From assembly GCA_038150265.1 (NCBI GenBank), contig JAYOTF010000008.1, positions 12,200 to 76,199 on the forward strand: a DNA stretch of 64,000 nucleotides, read 5' to 3'. Both the position numbers and the translations under genes were made by a program. This document shows positions 1 through 10,217 of the stretch, piece by piece. Within the stretch, counting starts at the first letter, position 1; every line of letters begins with the position of its first letter. The notes below the pieces were generated by a model that worked only from the letters and a program-made list of their open reading frames with translations, was not told where the DNA came from and did not search any database. The DNA comes from Deltaproteobacteria bacterium (GTDB lineage Bacteria; SAR324; NAC60-12).

Positions 1-699
1 GGGAAAGATCGCCACATACCCCACCGCCCATGCGGCTTCCGGACTCCAGTGCGGGAGTCCGTACCAGTTCCACTCCAGCACCATCAGTGGCGTGAGCAAT
101 CCGCCCCCCATCGCAAAGGTCACCGTCAGAAAACTCAGCAGGTGAATCCGGGGCTTGATGCGCAGCAGGGTCGAATAAGAGGCATACGAGATCACGGCGG
201 GAATCAGCCACAGGTCTCCTGGCACCAACTCAAAGCGCAACAGCACCTCCCAGCTTCCCCGAAACAGCACCATCAGCACACCGGAAAAGCAGAACAGCAG
301 CCCTGCCCACTGCTTCAGGCCGGCTCGTTCCTGAAACCACCACCCGGACAGCACCAGAATCACAGCCGGTCCTGCCGTTTGCAGCAGGGCCGCATTGATG
401 GCCTGGGTGGTCTGCAGGGCCACGTAGAAGAGCGTGTTGAAGGTGGTGATGCCCAGCACGGAGAGCAGGAGCAGCATGCGCCATGAAGCCCGGATGGTCG
501 GCCCGTCCTGCTTCAGGTGAGGCCAGGCGAAGGGGGTCAGGATCATCAGGGCCACCATCCAGCGGATCCAGGCCAGCGTGATCGGAGAGATCAGCTCATT
601 GACTCCGCGGGCGGTGACCGCGTTTCCGGCCCAGAACAGCGGCACCAGCGTCAGGAGCAGGTAAGGCTGAGTGGAGAGCCACTCCCGGAAGCGAATCAT
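1..699 (-). CDS. EamA/DMT-family transporter, partial (C-terminus beyond window start)
   Basis: Reverse-strand translation from ATG at 699 gives MIRFREWLSTQPYLLLTLVPLFWAGNAVTARGVNELISPITLAWIRWMVALMIL... Repeated hydrophobic helices are typical of the 10-TM drug/metabolite transporter family. There is no stop before coordinate 1. Not in the ORF track because it is truncated. Confidence 0.55.
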   Translation of the reverse strand, partial: MIRFREWLSTQPYLLLTLVPLFWAGNAVTARGVNELISPITLAWIRWMVALMILTPFAWPHLKQDGPTIRASWRMLLLLSVLGITTFNTLFYVALQTTQAINAALLQTAGPAVILVLSGWWFQERAGLKQWAGLLFCFSGVLMVLFRGSWEVLLRFELVPGDLWLIPAVISYASYSTLLRIKPRIHLLSFLTVTFAMGGGLLTPLMVLEWNWYGLPHWSPEAAWAVGYVAIFP

Positions 700-717
700 G
701 AGCGGCTCCGCAAGGGC

Positions 718-3165
718 TCAGGCACGGACGCGCTCCGAACGGGGATCGTAGAAGGCCTGCAGGGAGGCACGAGCCGGGTAGCGGACTCCGGCGACTTCCA
801 CCTCAAAGGAGCGGGCCGCAAGGGCGGCAGCCGTGACCGGCTCTTCCAGCGTGACGTAGCCCATTCCCAGGCAGGTGCCCACGGTGTGGCCGTACATTCC
901 AGAGGTCGTTTCCCCGACAATTTGGTCGCCACACCAGATGGGCTCATTGTGATAAAGCAAGGGCTCCGGATCCTCGAGCGCCAGCTGCACGAGCCGCCGC
1001 TTCACAGGGCCTTGCTCCCGGAGGCGGAGCAGAGCGTCTCGTCCCATGAACCCACCGGGTTTGTCCCAGGCCACCGCGAAGCTCAGGCCGGCATGGAGCG
1101 GGGTGTCGTCATCCGCAATGTCGTGGCCAAAGTGCCGATACCCCTTCTCAAGCCGGAGCGAGTTGAGCGCATGGTACCCGGCGAGCTTCAGGTCGTAGCG
1201 GGCTCCGGTGGTCCGGAGGAGGTCAAACACCTGCTGAGCAAACTCGGTTGGCAGGTAGAGTTCCCACCCCAACTCCCCGACATACGTCACCCGCAGGGCC
1301 CAGGCTCGGGCGTATCCCAGTTCAATCTCCTGAGCGGTGCCAAACGGAAACGCCTCGTTGGAAAGGTCGGCTGGCGTCAGCGCCTGCAGCAGCTCCCGGG
1401 AACGGGGCCCCATCACGCTGAGGGTGACCCACCCAGAGGTGACATCGGTGACGGTGCAGCGGGCGTCTTCCGGAAGGTGCTGCTCCAGCCACAGGCGGTC
1501 CCGGACCTGTGTGGCAACGGAACTGACCACGAGGAAGGTGGTTTCGCTCATCCGCGTCACCGTCAGGTCGGCCTCAAAAGTGCCCCGCTCATTGAGCCAC
1601 GCCGTGTAAACGACGGTTCCGGGCGGCACGGCGATGTCATTGGCACAGAGGTGGTTGAGGAAGGACTCGGCCTCCTTGCCCTGGACCCAAAACTTGGAGA
1701 AGGAAGAGAGGTCAAACAGGCCCACGGCTTCCCGGACGGCGCGGTGTTCTGCCGCCGAGGCGTCAAACCAGTTCTGGCGGCCGTAGCTGTATTCGTACGC
1801 GGGGTGGCTTCCTGCAGGAGCAAACCAGTTGGCGCGTTCCCATCCAGAGGCTTCCCCAAAGCAGGCGCCTGCGTCGGCCAACCGATCGTGCAGCACGGAG
1901 CGGCGGACGCCTCGGGCGGTTTCCGGCTGCCGGAAGGGCCAGTGCATCGCATACAGCAGCCCAAGGCCTTCGACTGTCCGGTCGTAGAGGTAGCGGGCAT
2001 TGGACTGGAAGGGCTGCATGCGCCGCAGGTCAACGTCCCACAACTCCATCGGGGGGTGTCCGTTGAGGATCCACTCGGCCAGCACCTTCCCGGCTCCGCC
2101 TCCGGACTGGATGCCAATGGAGTTGAAGCCGGCAGCGACAAAGAAGTTCTTCAGCTCCGGAGCCGGACCCAGCAGGTAACGGTCATCCGGGGTGAAGCTT
2201 TCGGGGCCATTGAAGAAGAGCTGGATGCCAGCGTGCTCCAGCTGGGGAATGCGGTGCAGGGCCTTTTCCATGACTGGAGCAAAGTGGTCCCAGTCTTCCG
2301 GAAACTGCCCGAAGGCGAAGTCTTCCGGGAGGCTCTCAAGCGTCCGGGGTTTGGCAACAGGCTCAAAGCAGCCCACCAGCAGCTTCCCGGCGTCTTCCTT
2401 GTAGTAACACCACCCTCCGGGATCGCGCAGCACCGGCAGCGTATCGGGAATGCCCATGGGTTCGGTGACCAGGTAGAAGTGCTCTGCGGCATGGAGGGGC
2501 ACCGAGACTCCGGCCCACTGTCCAACCTGCCGGGCCCAGAGCCCCGCGCAGTTGACCACCACTTGCGCCCGGATGTCACCCTGAGCGGTCCGGACGCCAA
2601 TGGCCGCCCCATGTTCAGTGAGGACGTCGGTGACTTCAACGTCCTCGACAATCGTGGCGCCTCCCTGCCGAGCCCCCTTGGCCAGCGCCAGGGTGACGTC
2701 CACCGGATTGGTTTGACCGTCCCTGGGCAGAAAGACGGCTCCCACCACATCTTCCGTGTTGAGGAAGGGGTGACGTGCTGCCGCTTCTTCCGGAGAGATG
2801 ACCTCAACCTCCAACCCGAAGCACTTGGCCATGGAGGCCCCACGCTTCAGTTCCTCAAAGCGTTCCAGGTCTGTGGCGACCGAAATGGAGCCGTTTTGCT
2901 TGAAGCCGGTCCCGTGTCCGGTTTTGGCTTCCAGCTCTGCATAGAGGTCGCTGGTGTACTGAGCGAGGCGGGTCATGTTCTTGGTCGCCCGAAGCTGTCC
3001 TACCAGTCCAGCGGCATGCCAGGTGGTTCCGGAGGTCAGCTGCTTGCGTTCCAGCAGCAGGACGTCGGAGCACCCCAGTTCCGTGAGGTGGTAGGCGAGG
3101 CTGCAGCCAATCACTCCCCCACCAATGATGAGGACCTGGGTGTGGGAGGGAAGGGAAGTCGTCAT
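718..3165 (-). CDS. Dimethylglycine/sarcosine dehydrogenase family (FAD oxidoreductase fused to GcvT-like aminomethyltransferase domain)
   Basis: 815 aa. N-terminal FAD motif IIGGGVIGCSLAYHL; DAO domain followed by a C-terminal GcvT-like folate-binding domain. Length is typical of this family. Confidence 0.8.
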   Translation of the reverse strand: MTTSLPSHTQVLIIGGGVIGCSLAYHLTELGCSDVLLLERKQLTSGTTWHAAGLVGQLRATKNMTRLAQYTSDLYAELEAKTGHGTGFKQNGSISVATDLERFEELKRGASMAKCFGLEVEVISPEEAAARHPFLNTEDVVGAVFLPRDGQTNPVDVTLALAKGARQGGATIVEDVEVTDVLTEHGAAIGVRTAQGDIRAQVVVNCAGLWARQVGQWAGVSVPLHAAEHFYLVTEPMGIPDTLPVLRDPGGWCYYKEDAGKLLVGCFEPVAKPRTLESLPEDFAFGQFPEDWDHFAPVMEKALHRIPQLEHAGIQLFFNGPESFTPDDRYLLGPAPELKNFFVAAGFNSIGIQSGGGAGKVLAEWILNGHPPMELWDVDLRRMQPFQSNARYLYDRTVEGLGLLYAMHWPFRQPETARGVRRSVLHDRLADAGACFGEASGWERANWFAPAGSHPAYEYSYGRQNWFDASAAEHRAVREAVGLFDLSSFSKFWVQGKEAESFLNHLCANDIAVPPGTVVYTAWLNERGTFEADLTVTRMSETTFLVVSSVATQVRDRLWLEQHLPEDARCTVTDVTSGWVTLSVMGPRSRELLQALTPADLSNEAFPFGTAQEIELGYARAWALRVTYVGELGWELYLPTEFAQQVFDLLRTTGARYDLKLAGYHALNSLRLEKGYRHFGHDIADDDTPLHAGLSFAVAWDKPGGFMGRDALLRLREQGPVKRRLVQLALEDPEPLLYHNEPIWCGDQIVGETTSGMYGHTVGTCLGMGYVTLEEPVTAAALAARSFEVEVAGVRYPARASLQAFYDPRSERVRA

Positions 3166-3180
3166 GCCACCTCTTGGGGT

Positions 3181-3855
3181 TTAGGGTTTGGGGTGATCGT
3201 AGATGATCTCGCGGGGCGCGACGGAGCCTCCGGAGATGATGAACTGCATGGCTTCGTCCACCGACCAGCCGGTGTTGGTCAGGTGTTCCACTGGCACGAT
3301 CTCGAGGTATCCGGAGGTCGGGTTCGGAGTCGTGGGCACATAAACGGCTGCGAGCTCCCGTCCGGTGGCATCATCCAGAAAGGTCCGGGTCACGAGCCCC
3401 ACGGTTTTCATTTCTGGAGTGGGGAACGGAATGAGGACCACCCGCTGGTTTCCGGAAGGCCCGGTGTTGAGGGAGTCCAGGAATTGCTTGATGAGCCCGT
3501 AAACCGTCTTCACCAGCGGCAGGTACGAGATTCCGGACTCCACCCACGCCATCAGCTTGCGGCCAATGACGCGCTGAGCCATCAGGCCAATCAGGTAAAG
3601 CCCGACAAACGAGATCACCAGGGCGACCAACCCCTGGACCCACGGCAGGTTGAGCAGCCGCTCAATCTGGGGAAGCTCCTGGTGGATCAGGCGGGTCAGA
3701 GGCTGCAGCGCCGGAGCAAAGAGGCTGGCCATGAGGCCCAGCAAAAAGTCAATGGCTGCAAGGGTGGCCACGACCGGAAGGGCCGCTCCGGCTCCCGCCA
3801 GCACGGTTTTGCGGATGTTTGACACGAGACACGTCTCCCAAGAAAGTTGAAGCAA
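3181..3855 (-). CDS. DUF502-family membrane protein
   Basis: 224 aa with two N-terminal TM helices and a conserved C-terminal region (VLIPFPTPEMKTVGLVT...GYLEIVPVE) typical of DUF502. The exact start is uncertain. Confidence 0.55.
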   Translation of the reverse strand: MLQLSWETCLVSNIRKTVLAGAGAALPVVATLAAIDFLLGLMASLFAPALQPLTRLIHQELPQIERLLNLPWVQGLVALVISFVGLYLIGLMAQRVIGRKLMAWVESGISYLPLVKTVYGLIKQFLDSLNTGPSGNQRVVLIPFPTPEMKTVGLVTRTFLDDATGRELAAVYVPTTPNPTSGYLEIVPVEHLTNTGWSVDEAMQFIISGGSVAPREIIYDHPKP

Positions 3856-3962
3856 GAGGAGGGTGCATGATAACCGTTCCGGTTCCGATGCTGCAACCCG
3901 GATTGTGTCTCAAATCCTGCGCCTGTTTGGGGGAGCCGGAGGGCGTTCCTCCGGCAGACGGG

Positions 3963-5459
3963 TCAGTTCATGGTGGGGAAGCTGAACACGGCCCCGTCCT
4001 TGATGCCCTGTGGCCAGCGACTGGTGACGGCCTTCACCCGTGTGTAGAAGTGAACGGATTCCGGACCATAGATGTGGTGGTCGCCAAACAGCGACTGCTT
4101 CCAGCCGCCGAAGCTGTGGTAGGCCACCGGAACCGGAATGGGCACGTTCACGCCGACCATGCCCACTTCCACCTTGCTGACAAAGTCGTGTGCGGCATCG
4201 CCGTCGCGGGTGAAGATGGCCACGCCGTTTCCGTAGGGGTTGCCATGAATGAGCTGCAGGGCGTCGTCGTAGTCCTTGGCCCGGACGGTACAGAGGACGG
4301 GGCCAAACACCTCCTCCTGGTACACCTGCATGGAAGACTGGACGTGGTCCAGCAGGCAGCCGCCAATGAAGTAGCCGTCTTCGTGTCCCGGAACCTTCAG
4401 GCTGCGGCCATCGACACGCAAGGTCGCGCCTTCGTCCACGCCACTGGTGACAAGTGAGGCCACGCGGTCGCGGTGCTCGCGAGTAATGAGGGGCCCCATC
4501 TCCATGCCGGCTTCGGTTCCCGGACCCACCTTGAGGGCTTCAATGCGTGGGATCAGGCGCTCCATGAGGGCGTCAGCGGTCTTCTCCCCAACAGGGACGG
4601 CGACCGAGATGGCCATGCAGCGCTCTCCGGCTGATCCGAAAGCGGCGCCCATGAGGGCGTCAGTGACCTGGTCGAGGTCGGCATCAGGGAGGATGACCAT
4701 GTGGTTTTTGGCGCCGCCAAGGGCCTGGACGCGTTTGCCGTTTGCCGTCCCTCGGGCGTAAATGGACCGAGCCACCGGGGTGGAGCCCACGAAGCTGATG
4801 GCCTTCACATCCGGATGATCCAGCAGGGCATCCACAGCCACCTTGTCTCCCTGAACCACGTTGAAGACTCCATCCGGAAGTCCCGCCCGGGTCAGCAATT
4901 CGGCCATCAGCAGAGCGGCCGAGGGGTCCTTCTCGGAGGGCTTGAGGATGAAGCTGTTGCCACACGCGAGCGCAATGGGGTACATCCACATTGGCACCAT
5001 CGCCGGAAAGTTGAAGGGCGTGATGCCGGCCACGACTCCGAGCGGTTGCGGGTAGGACCAGGCGTCGACGGAGCTGGCGACCTGTTCGGTGTAGGAGCCC
5101 TTGAGCAGGTGCGGGATGCCGCAGGCAAACTCCACCACCTCAATGCCCCGGGTGACTTCACCCAGGGCGTCGTCGAGCGTCTTGCCATGCTCACGGGTCA
5201 GGTGAGCCGCCAGCTCTTCGGCATGCTCCTGAAGCAGTTCGTTGAAGCGGAACATCACCCGCGCTCGCTTCAGCGGAGGCGTGTCGCGCCACGCCGGAAA
5301 GGCCTCGGCAGCAACCCGGACCACGGAGTCCACTTCAGCAGCGGTCGAGAGGTGTACGGCTCCGATCACTCCACCCGTTGCCGGGTTGTGGACCTCCAGA
5401 GTGGCGCCGGACGCAGCGGTGCGTTTGCCCGAGACGTAGTTTCCGATGACGTTGCTCAT
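3963..5459 (-). CDS. mmsA: Methylmalonate-semialdehyde dehydrogenase (CoA-acylating), aldehyde dehydrogenase family
   Basis: 498 aa. ALDH catalytic motifs (ELGGKN-like 'ALGGAKNHMV', catalytic Cys region 'GERCMA'). N-terminus and length are typical of MmsA. Confidence 0.8.
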   Translation of the reverse strand: MSNVIGNYVSGKRTAASGATLEVHNPATGGVIGAVHLSTAAEVDSVVRVAAEAFPAWRDTPPLKRARVMFRFNELLQEHAEELAAHLTREHGKTLDDALGEVTRGIEVVEFACGIPHLLKGSYTEQVASSVDAWSYPQPLGVVAGITPFNFPAMVPMWMYPIALACGNSFILKPSEKDPSAALLMAELLTRAGLPDGVFNVVQGDKVAVDALLDHPDVKAISFVGSTPVARSIYARGTANGKRVQALGGAKNHMVILPDADLDQVTDALMGAAFGSAGERCMAISVAVPVGEKTADALMERLIPRIEALKVGPGTEAGMEMGPLITREHRDRVASLVTSGVDEGATLRVDGRSLKVPGHEDGYFIGGCLLDHVQSSMQVYQEEVFGPVLCTVRAKDYDDALQLIHGNPYGNGVAIFTRDGDAAHDFVSKVEVGMVGVNVPIPVPVAYHSFGGWKQSLFGDHHIYGPESVHFYTRVKAVTSRWPQGIKDGAVFSFPTMN

Positions 5460-5665
5460 GTTTCTCCTTGGATAGGCGGTGCCCCTGCACGGCTCAGCAC
5501 AGGAAAGAGGGGGCTGCAGATGAGGAGGCTACAGCGACTTGAAATCCCCGAAATCCTATTGGGCTCGGGGCGGTGAATCAAGCTTTTCTCTAGATTTGGA
5601 ACAGCGGGTCTCATTCAAGAGGAAACCAGACCCGCGGTCCAGAGGAGGCTGGAGGAAGGTGGGGG

Positions 5666-7054
5666 TCAGAAACTGGCGTTTCCGGGGGTCCGGGGGAAGG
5701 GGATGACGTCTCGGATGTTCTTCATGCCCGTCATGAACTGAACCAGCCGCTCAAAGCCAAGCCCGAATCCGGAGTGGGGGGCGGAGCCAAAGCGCCGGAG
5801 GTCGAGGTACCACTCGTACTCGGATTCGGGCATGCCCATTTCCTGCATCCGCTGCTGCAGGCGTTCCAGGGAGTCTTCGCGCTGGGAGCCCCCGACAATT
5901 TCTCCGAGCCGCGGGAAGAGGACATCCATGGCCGCAACCGTCTTGCCGTCATCATTCTGCTTCATGTAGAAGGCCTTGATGTCCCGCGGGTAGTCGGTGA
6001 GGGTGACCGGTTTGCGGAAGTGCGTGTCGGTGAGGTAGCGCTCATGCTCAGACTGCAGGTCTGCGCCCCACTCCACCGGAAACTCGAAGGTCTGTCCGGA
6101 AGCCAGCAGGATCTCCACGGCTTCGGTGTAGGTCAGGACCTCGAAGGTGGAGTCCCGGATGTGTTCCAGGCTGGACACCAACTCCGGATCATACATCTTC
6201 TGGAGGAACTCCAGGTCGTCGAGGTTGCGCTCCAGGCACTCTGCAACAAGGAACTTGAGGAACTTTTCGGTGAACTGAACCATCTCCGGAAGCTCCATGA
6301 ACGCCATCTCGGGCTCAATCATCCAGAACTCGGCAAGGTGCCGGGACGTGTTGGAGTTTTCTGCCCGGAAGGTGGGGCCGAAGGTGTAGACGTTGGTGAA
6401 GGCGAGGGCCATGACCTCGGCTCCAAGCTGTCCGGAGACCGTCAGGTTGACGGGGGTCCCAAAGAAATCCTGGTGGTAGTCGATGGCTCCCGACTCGGTC
6501 CGGGGCGGCGCTTCCGGATCCAGGGTGCTGACCCGAAAGAGATCCCCGGCGCCTTCGGTGTCGCTGGCGGTGATGATCGGCGTGTGGGCGTAGAGGAACC
6601 CGTGCTCCTGAAAGAAGCGGTGGACGGTCCAGGCGAGGGTGTTCCGGATGCGGAAGACTGCGCCCAGGGTGTTGGTTCGGGGACGCAGGTGGGCGATCTC
6701 CCGGAGGAATTCCAGCGTGTGCCCCTTCTTCTGCAACGGGTAGCTTTCTCCGGAGGCCAGTCCGTAGATGTGAAAGCGCTTGGCCTGCACCTCAAAGGCC
6801 TGCCCCTTTCCGGGAGAGCGGACGAGCTCCCCTTCCACTTCCAGAGCAGCACCGGTGCCAACGGCTTTCAGCGCCTCGTAATTGGGGGTGGATTCATCGA
6901 CCACCACCTGCAGGCCGTTGCGGTTGGAGCCATCGTTGAGGTTGAGGAACGAGAAGCCCTTGGACGTACGCTTGGTCCGGACCCATCCCCGGAGCAAGAC
7001 GGTGGAGCCAATCTGATGCTCCTCAAGCGTGGCCATGCGGTGAGGGGTGCTCAT
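5666..7054 (-). CDS. asnS: Asparaginyl-tRNA synthetase (class II)
   Basis: 462 aa. Class II aaRS motifs ([19 protein letters not shown]; GLGFERL). Length and OB-fold N-terminus are typical of AsnRS rather than AspRS. Confidence 0.9.
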   Translation of the reverse strand: MSTPHRMATLEEHQIGSTVLLRGWVRTKRTSKGFSFLNLNDGSNRNGLQVVVDESTPNYEALKAVGTGAALEVEGELVRSPGKGQAFEVQAKRFHIYGLASGESYPLQKKGHTLEFLREIAHLRPRTNTLGAVFRIRNTLAWTVHRFFQEHGFLYAHTPIITASDTEGAGDLFRVSTLDPEAPPRTESGAIDYHQDFFGTPVNLTVSGQLGAEVMALAFTNVYTFGPTFRAENSNTSRHLAEFWMIEPEMAFMELPEMVQFTEKFLKFLVAECLERNLDDLEFLQKMYDPELVSSLEHIRDSTFEVLTYTEAVEILLASGQTFEFPVEWGADLQSEHERYLTDTHFRKPVTLTDYPRDIKAFYMKQNDDGKTVAAMDVLFPRLGEIVGGSQREDSLERLQQRMQEMGMPESEYEWYLDLRRFGSAPHSGFGLGFERLVQFMTGMKNIRDVIPFPRTPGNASF

Positions 7055-8370
7055 GCTTGCCCCCGGAGCTGCTTGGCCACCTCAATTTCCGCGTTTTCGA
7101 CCAGCTCCGAGAGCTCATCGACGGTGATCACCATGTTCTTGCGGTCAGGCATGATGGCATAGAGGTACTTGATGAATTCCGGAATCATGGTGATGAAGTT
7201 CTGGTTGCGGTCCATCATGATCTGGCGGGCAACAAAGTGCTCCATCTGTTCGTGAGACATGTGACGCATCACGTTGATGAATTCGGTGGAACACTGTTCC
7301 AGTTCCTTGCTGACATCAGTGGGGTAGAACTGCGAGAAGCGCTTGCGCGACCCGGCGACCCGGGAAAACGTCAGCATGATGATGCACACCACCACGCCGT
7401 CGTACCAGGTGATGTCCCAGAGGTCCATGTAGCCCGCGAGGAAGTACAGGGCGCCCATGATGGACCCCAGGAGCTGGAGGGTCATCCGGACCTTCTCCAC
7501 CGCGAGAAACTTGAAGTTGTAGCGCTTTTCCTTGACGAAGAAGCTCAGTCCTTCCGAAAACGGTTTGGTGGCAATGACGACTTCTTCAGCAGAGGCGAGC
7601 CGGTTTTCCAGCTCCATCTCCAGCTGCTTCTTTTTCTCCAGCGCCCGCTGGTTCATCACCTCCTGCATGACGTAGCGGCGCGTGCCCCGCAGCTTCTCTG
7701 CAAGGGGGCCGACGAACTCGTAGGGGTTCTCCTCGTTGAGGGAAGACGCCCGGAATTCAGCCCGCGTGGTCAGGTAGTCGATGACGTCGTCATACATCTT
7801 CTGCATGCTGGGCAGCGGATTGACGCCGGTTTCCTTTTCAATGGTCTGAGCGCGTGCATCCAGCCCCATTTCCTTGCGGATCAGGTTGCCGTAAATTTCG
7901 GCACAGACGTCTGCGTTGGACGCGTTCATCTCCGTCATCTTGATGAACGTCCGGGCCATGATGGACGAGTATCCGGAGAAGCGCTTCTCCTTCATCTCGA
8001 CATCGGGCTTCTCCATCTTGTAGTAGCCGCTCAGCAGGTAGTCGAGGGCCTTCAGGAAGTAATCGTCGAATTCCTGATTGTTGATGCTCTGGGTGATGAA
8101 TCCGGACCAGCTCAGCGCGGCAAACTTGTCGGTGGCCGGATTCTGCAGGAGCATGTCGATGGCGTCGAGGTAGTACGGAATCTTGTCCTCGTACGTCTCA
8201 TCGTAGACCAGCTTGGAGGTCTCGGACGCGGCAAGCTGGGGATCCAGCTGCTTCTGGAAGCTGACCACCATGCGGGTGGCCAGCTCTTCCACAAAGTTGT
8301 CGGCGACCGGTTCCGGAGTCGGTAAGGTAAAAAGCTCAGGAATTTCGGCTTCATCCACCATGAGACGCAC
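7051..8370 (-). CDS. Hypothetical membrane protein; compositionally atypical (K/M/N/Y/F-rich, GC roughly 47-50% against ~63% for neighbours)
   Basis: 439 aa ORF with sensible amino-acid composition. Two predicted TM helices near residues 300-350. Coiled-coil-like segment ([21 protein letters not shown]). Its stop overlaps the asnS start (ATGA). No family recognised by eye. Confidence 0.55.
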   Translation of the reverse strand: MRLMVDEAEIPELFTLPTPEPVADNFVEELATRMVVSFQKQLDPQLAASETSKLVYDETYEDKIPYYLDAIDMLLQNPATDKFAALSWSGFITQSINNQEFDDYFLKALDYLLSGYYKMEKPDVEMKEKRFSGYSSIMARTFIKMTEMNASNADVCAEIYGNLIRKEMGLDARAQTIEKETGVNPLPSMQKMYDDVIDYLTTRAEFRASSLNEENPYEFVGPLAEKLRGTRRYVMQEVMNQRALEKKKQLEMELENRLASAEEVVIATKPFSEGLSFFVKEKRYNFKFLAVEKVRMTLQLLGSIMGALYFLAGYMDLWDITWYDGVVVCIIMLTFSRVAGSRKRFSQFYPTDVSKELEQCSTEFINVMRHMSHEQMEHFVARQIMMDRNQNFITMIPEFIKYLYAIMPDRKNMVITVDELSELVENAEIEVAKQLRGQA

Positions 8371-8387
8371 TCATCGAAAATAGGGGT

Positions 8388-10172
8388 TCACGCGTTGGGA
8401 CGGCGCCAGTCGGCTCGGGTCCGAATCTCCGTCAGCAGGTGCTCACGGAACGATTCGAAGGCCAGAGTCTGCTTGTCTCGGCTTCCGTAACGCTGCCAGG
8501 TAACGGCCTGATTGCTCTGTTCGTCCGCCCCGACAATCAGCAGGTTCGGGATCTTGGACGTGGCGCCATTGCGGATCTTCTTGCCAAAGGAGTCGGCGGA
8601 GTGATCCACCTCGGCCCGGACGAAGTGCCGGGTGAGGTCCGAGGCCAGCTGCTGACCATATTCGGCAAAACCGGGAGCCACCGGAATGATGCGGACCTGA
8701 GTGGGAGCCAGCCAGCTGGGGAAGGCGCCGCCGTAGTGCTCAATCAGGAAGGCACAGAAGCGCTCATGGGTGCCCAGCGGGGCACGGTGGATGATCATCG
8801 GGCGATGCTCCTTGCCATCAGCGCCCTTGTAGGTCAGCCCAAAGCGCTCGGCCATGACCAGGTCCAGCTGGTTGGTGGAGGCGGTTTCCTCACGACCCAC
8901 CACATTGGAGACTTGGAAATCAATTTTCGGGCCATAGAAAGCGGCCTCACCCCGGACGGCTTCATACGGCACCCCGACTTCATCCATGGCCGACATCACA
9001 ATGGTTTCGGCCTGTTCCCAGACACCCGGCTCCGAGACGTACTTCGTCCCGTCCGCTTCGGCAAGCGAGAGGCGCATCCAGAAGTCGGTGAGTCCAAAGT
9101 GCTCGTAGTACTGGGTGTGGAGCTGAATGACGTTGATGAACTCTTCCCGGGCCTGCTCAGGGGTGCAGTAGATGTGGGCATCGTTCATGGTCATGCCCCG
9201 AACACGGAGGAGCCCGGCCAGCTCGCCAGACTGTTCGTAGCGGTAGCAGGTGCCATATTCGGCAAAGCGGACCGGCAGCTCACGGTAGCTCCGGGGCTGG
9301 GCCTTGAAGATCATGTGGTGGTGCGGGCAGTTCATGGGCTTGAGGTAGAGCTGCTCGCCATCGACATCCATCGGCGGAAACATGCTGTCTGCGTAGTACG
9401 GCAGGTGTCCGGACGTGTGGTAGAGGTCTTCCTTGGTGATGTGTGGCGTGGCCACCCGCTGGTAGCCCGCGAGGAACTCCTGCTCCTTGGCAAACTTCTC
9501 CAGCTCATCCCGGATGACGGTGCCGTTCGGCATCCACAGGGGAAGGCCCTTGCCGACTTCATCCTCAATCACAAAGTAGTGCTGAGTCGTGTTGAGCTTG
9601 CGGTGGTCTCGCTCCATGGCCAGCCGGCGCTTCTCCTTGAACTCCTGCAGCTCCGCCTTGCTGGAAAACGCGAGCCCGTACACGCGCTGGAGCATCTTGT
9701 TGTCTTCCGACCCCTTCCAGTAGGCGCCAGCAAGGGAGTCGAGGCTGAAGCAATCGGCCGGGATCTCCTTGGTGTTTTCCACATGCGGGCCTTCGCAGAG
9801 GTCCCAGAAGGGGCCGTTGCGGTAGAGGGTCAGCTCTTCGCCCTGCGCCGCGAGCTCTTCGACCTGCTCCACCTTGAAGTCCTGTCCGGTGCTTGCGAGC
9901 CGGGACTTCATGTCCTCCGGAGTGAGGGTCTCGCACTCAAAGACCTGTCCGGAGTTGATGATCTTGCGCATGCGCTTTTCAATGGCCGGAAAGTCCTCCT
10001 GGGTCAGAGGCTCCTCCAGATCGAAGTCGTAGTAGAACCCATTCTGAATGGGGGGGCCGAAGCCCAGCTTGGCGTTGGGACGCAGTTCCAGAACCGCCTG
10101 AGCCAGGACGTGAGCGAGGCTGTGGCGCAGGCGATAGATTTCGGAATTCGGATCAAGGGTGTTGCGTGACAT
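8388..10172 (-). CDS. thrS: Threonyl-tRNA synthetase (short form lacking N-terminal TGS domain)
   Basis: 594 aa. Begins in the N2/editing-like domain (RHSLAHVLAQAV...). Class II core (HRAPLGTHERF) and C-terminal anticodon-binding domain. Confidence 0.9.
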   Translation of the reverse strand: MSRNTLDPNSEIYRLRHSLAHVLAQAVLELRPNAKLGFGPPIQNGFYYDFDLEEPLTQEDFPAIEKRMRKIINSGQVFECETLTPEDMKSRLASTGQDFKVEQVEELAAQGEELTLYRNGPFWDLCEGPHVENTKEIPADCFSLDSLAGAYWKGSEDNKMLQRVYGLAFSSKAELQEFKEKRRLAMERDHRKLNTTQHYFVIEDEVGKGLPLWMPNGTVIRDELEKFAKEQEFLAGYQRVATPHITKEDLYHTSGHLPYYADSMFPPMDVDGEQLYLKPMNCPHHHMIFKAQPRSYRELPVRFAEYGTCYRYEQSGELAGLLRVRGMTMNDAHIYCTPEQAREEFINVIQLHTQYYEHFGLTDFWMRLSLAEADGTKYVSEPGVWEQAETIVMSAMDEVGVPYEAVRGEAAFYGPKIDFQVSNVVGREETASTNQLDLVMAERFGLTYKGADGKEHRPMIIHRAPLGTHERFCAFLIEHYGGAFPSWLAPTQVRIIPVAPGFAEYGQQLASDLTRHFVRAEVDHSADSFGKKIRNGATSKIPNLLIVGADEQSNQAVTWQRYGSRDKQTLAFESFREHLLTEIRTRADWRRPNA

Positions 10173-10217
10173 ACTTCAGCACGTGAGACAAAAGAAAAGG
10201 GATCAACAGAAAGAACG

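Noticed and set aside
517-3822. 1101-aa plus-strand ORF antisense to the dimethylglycine-dehydrogenase and DUF502 genes
   Set aside because: Composition typical of antisense frames in GC-rich DNA (G/R/H/L/V/P-rich, no motifs). The opposite strand encodes clearly recognisable proteins. The same reasoning applies to other long antisense ORFs (for example 5774-7162+, 8439-10169+, 10221-11318+, 11445-12611+, 25579-27357+, 27462-28733+, 28402-29844+, 33569-34765+, 34605-35651+, 45023-46174+, 47080-48639+, 48612-50021-, 50115-51134-, 52123-53271-, 54543-55580-, 55593-56774-).
5602-5637. Hairpin (10-bp stem with one mismatch, 16-nt loop) downstream of asnS
   Set aside because: It could be an intrinsic terminator for asnS, but the 3' flank on the transcribed strand is not U-rich (UUCCAAAUCUAGAG). 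Kept as uncertain rather than annotated.
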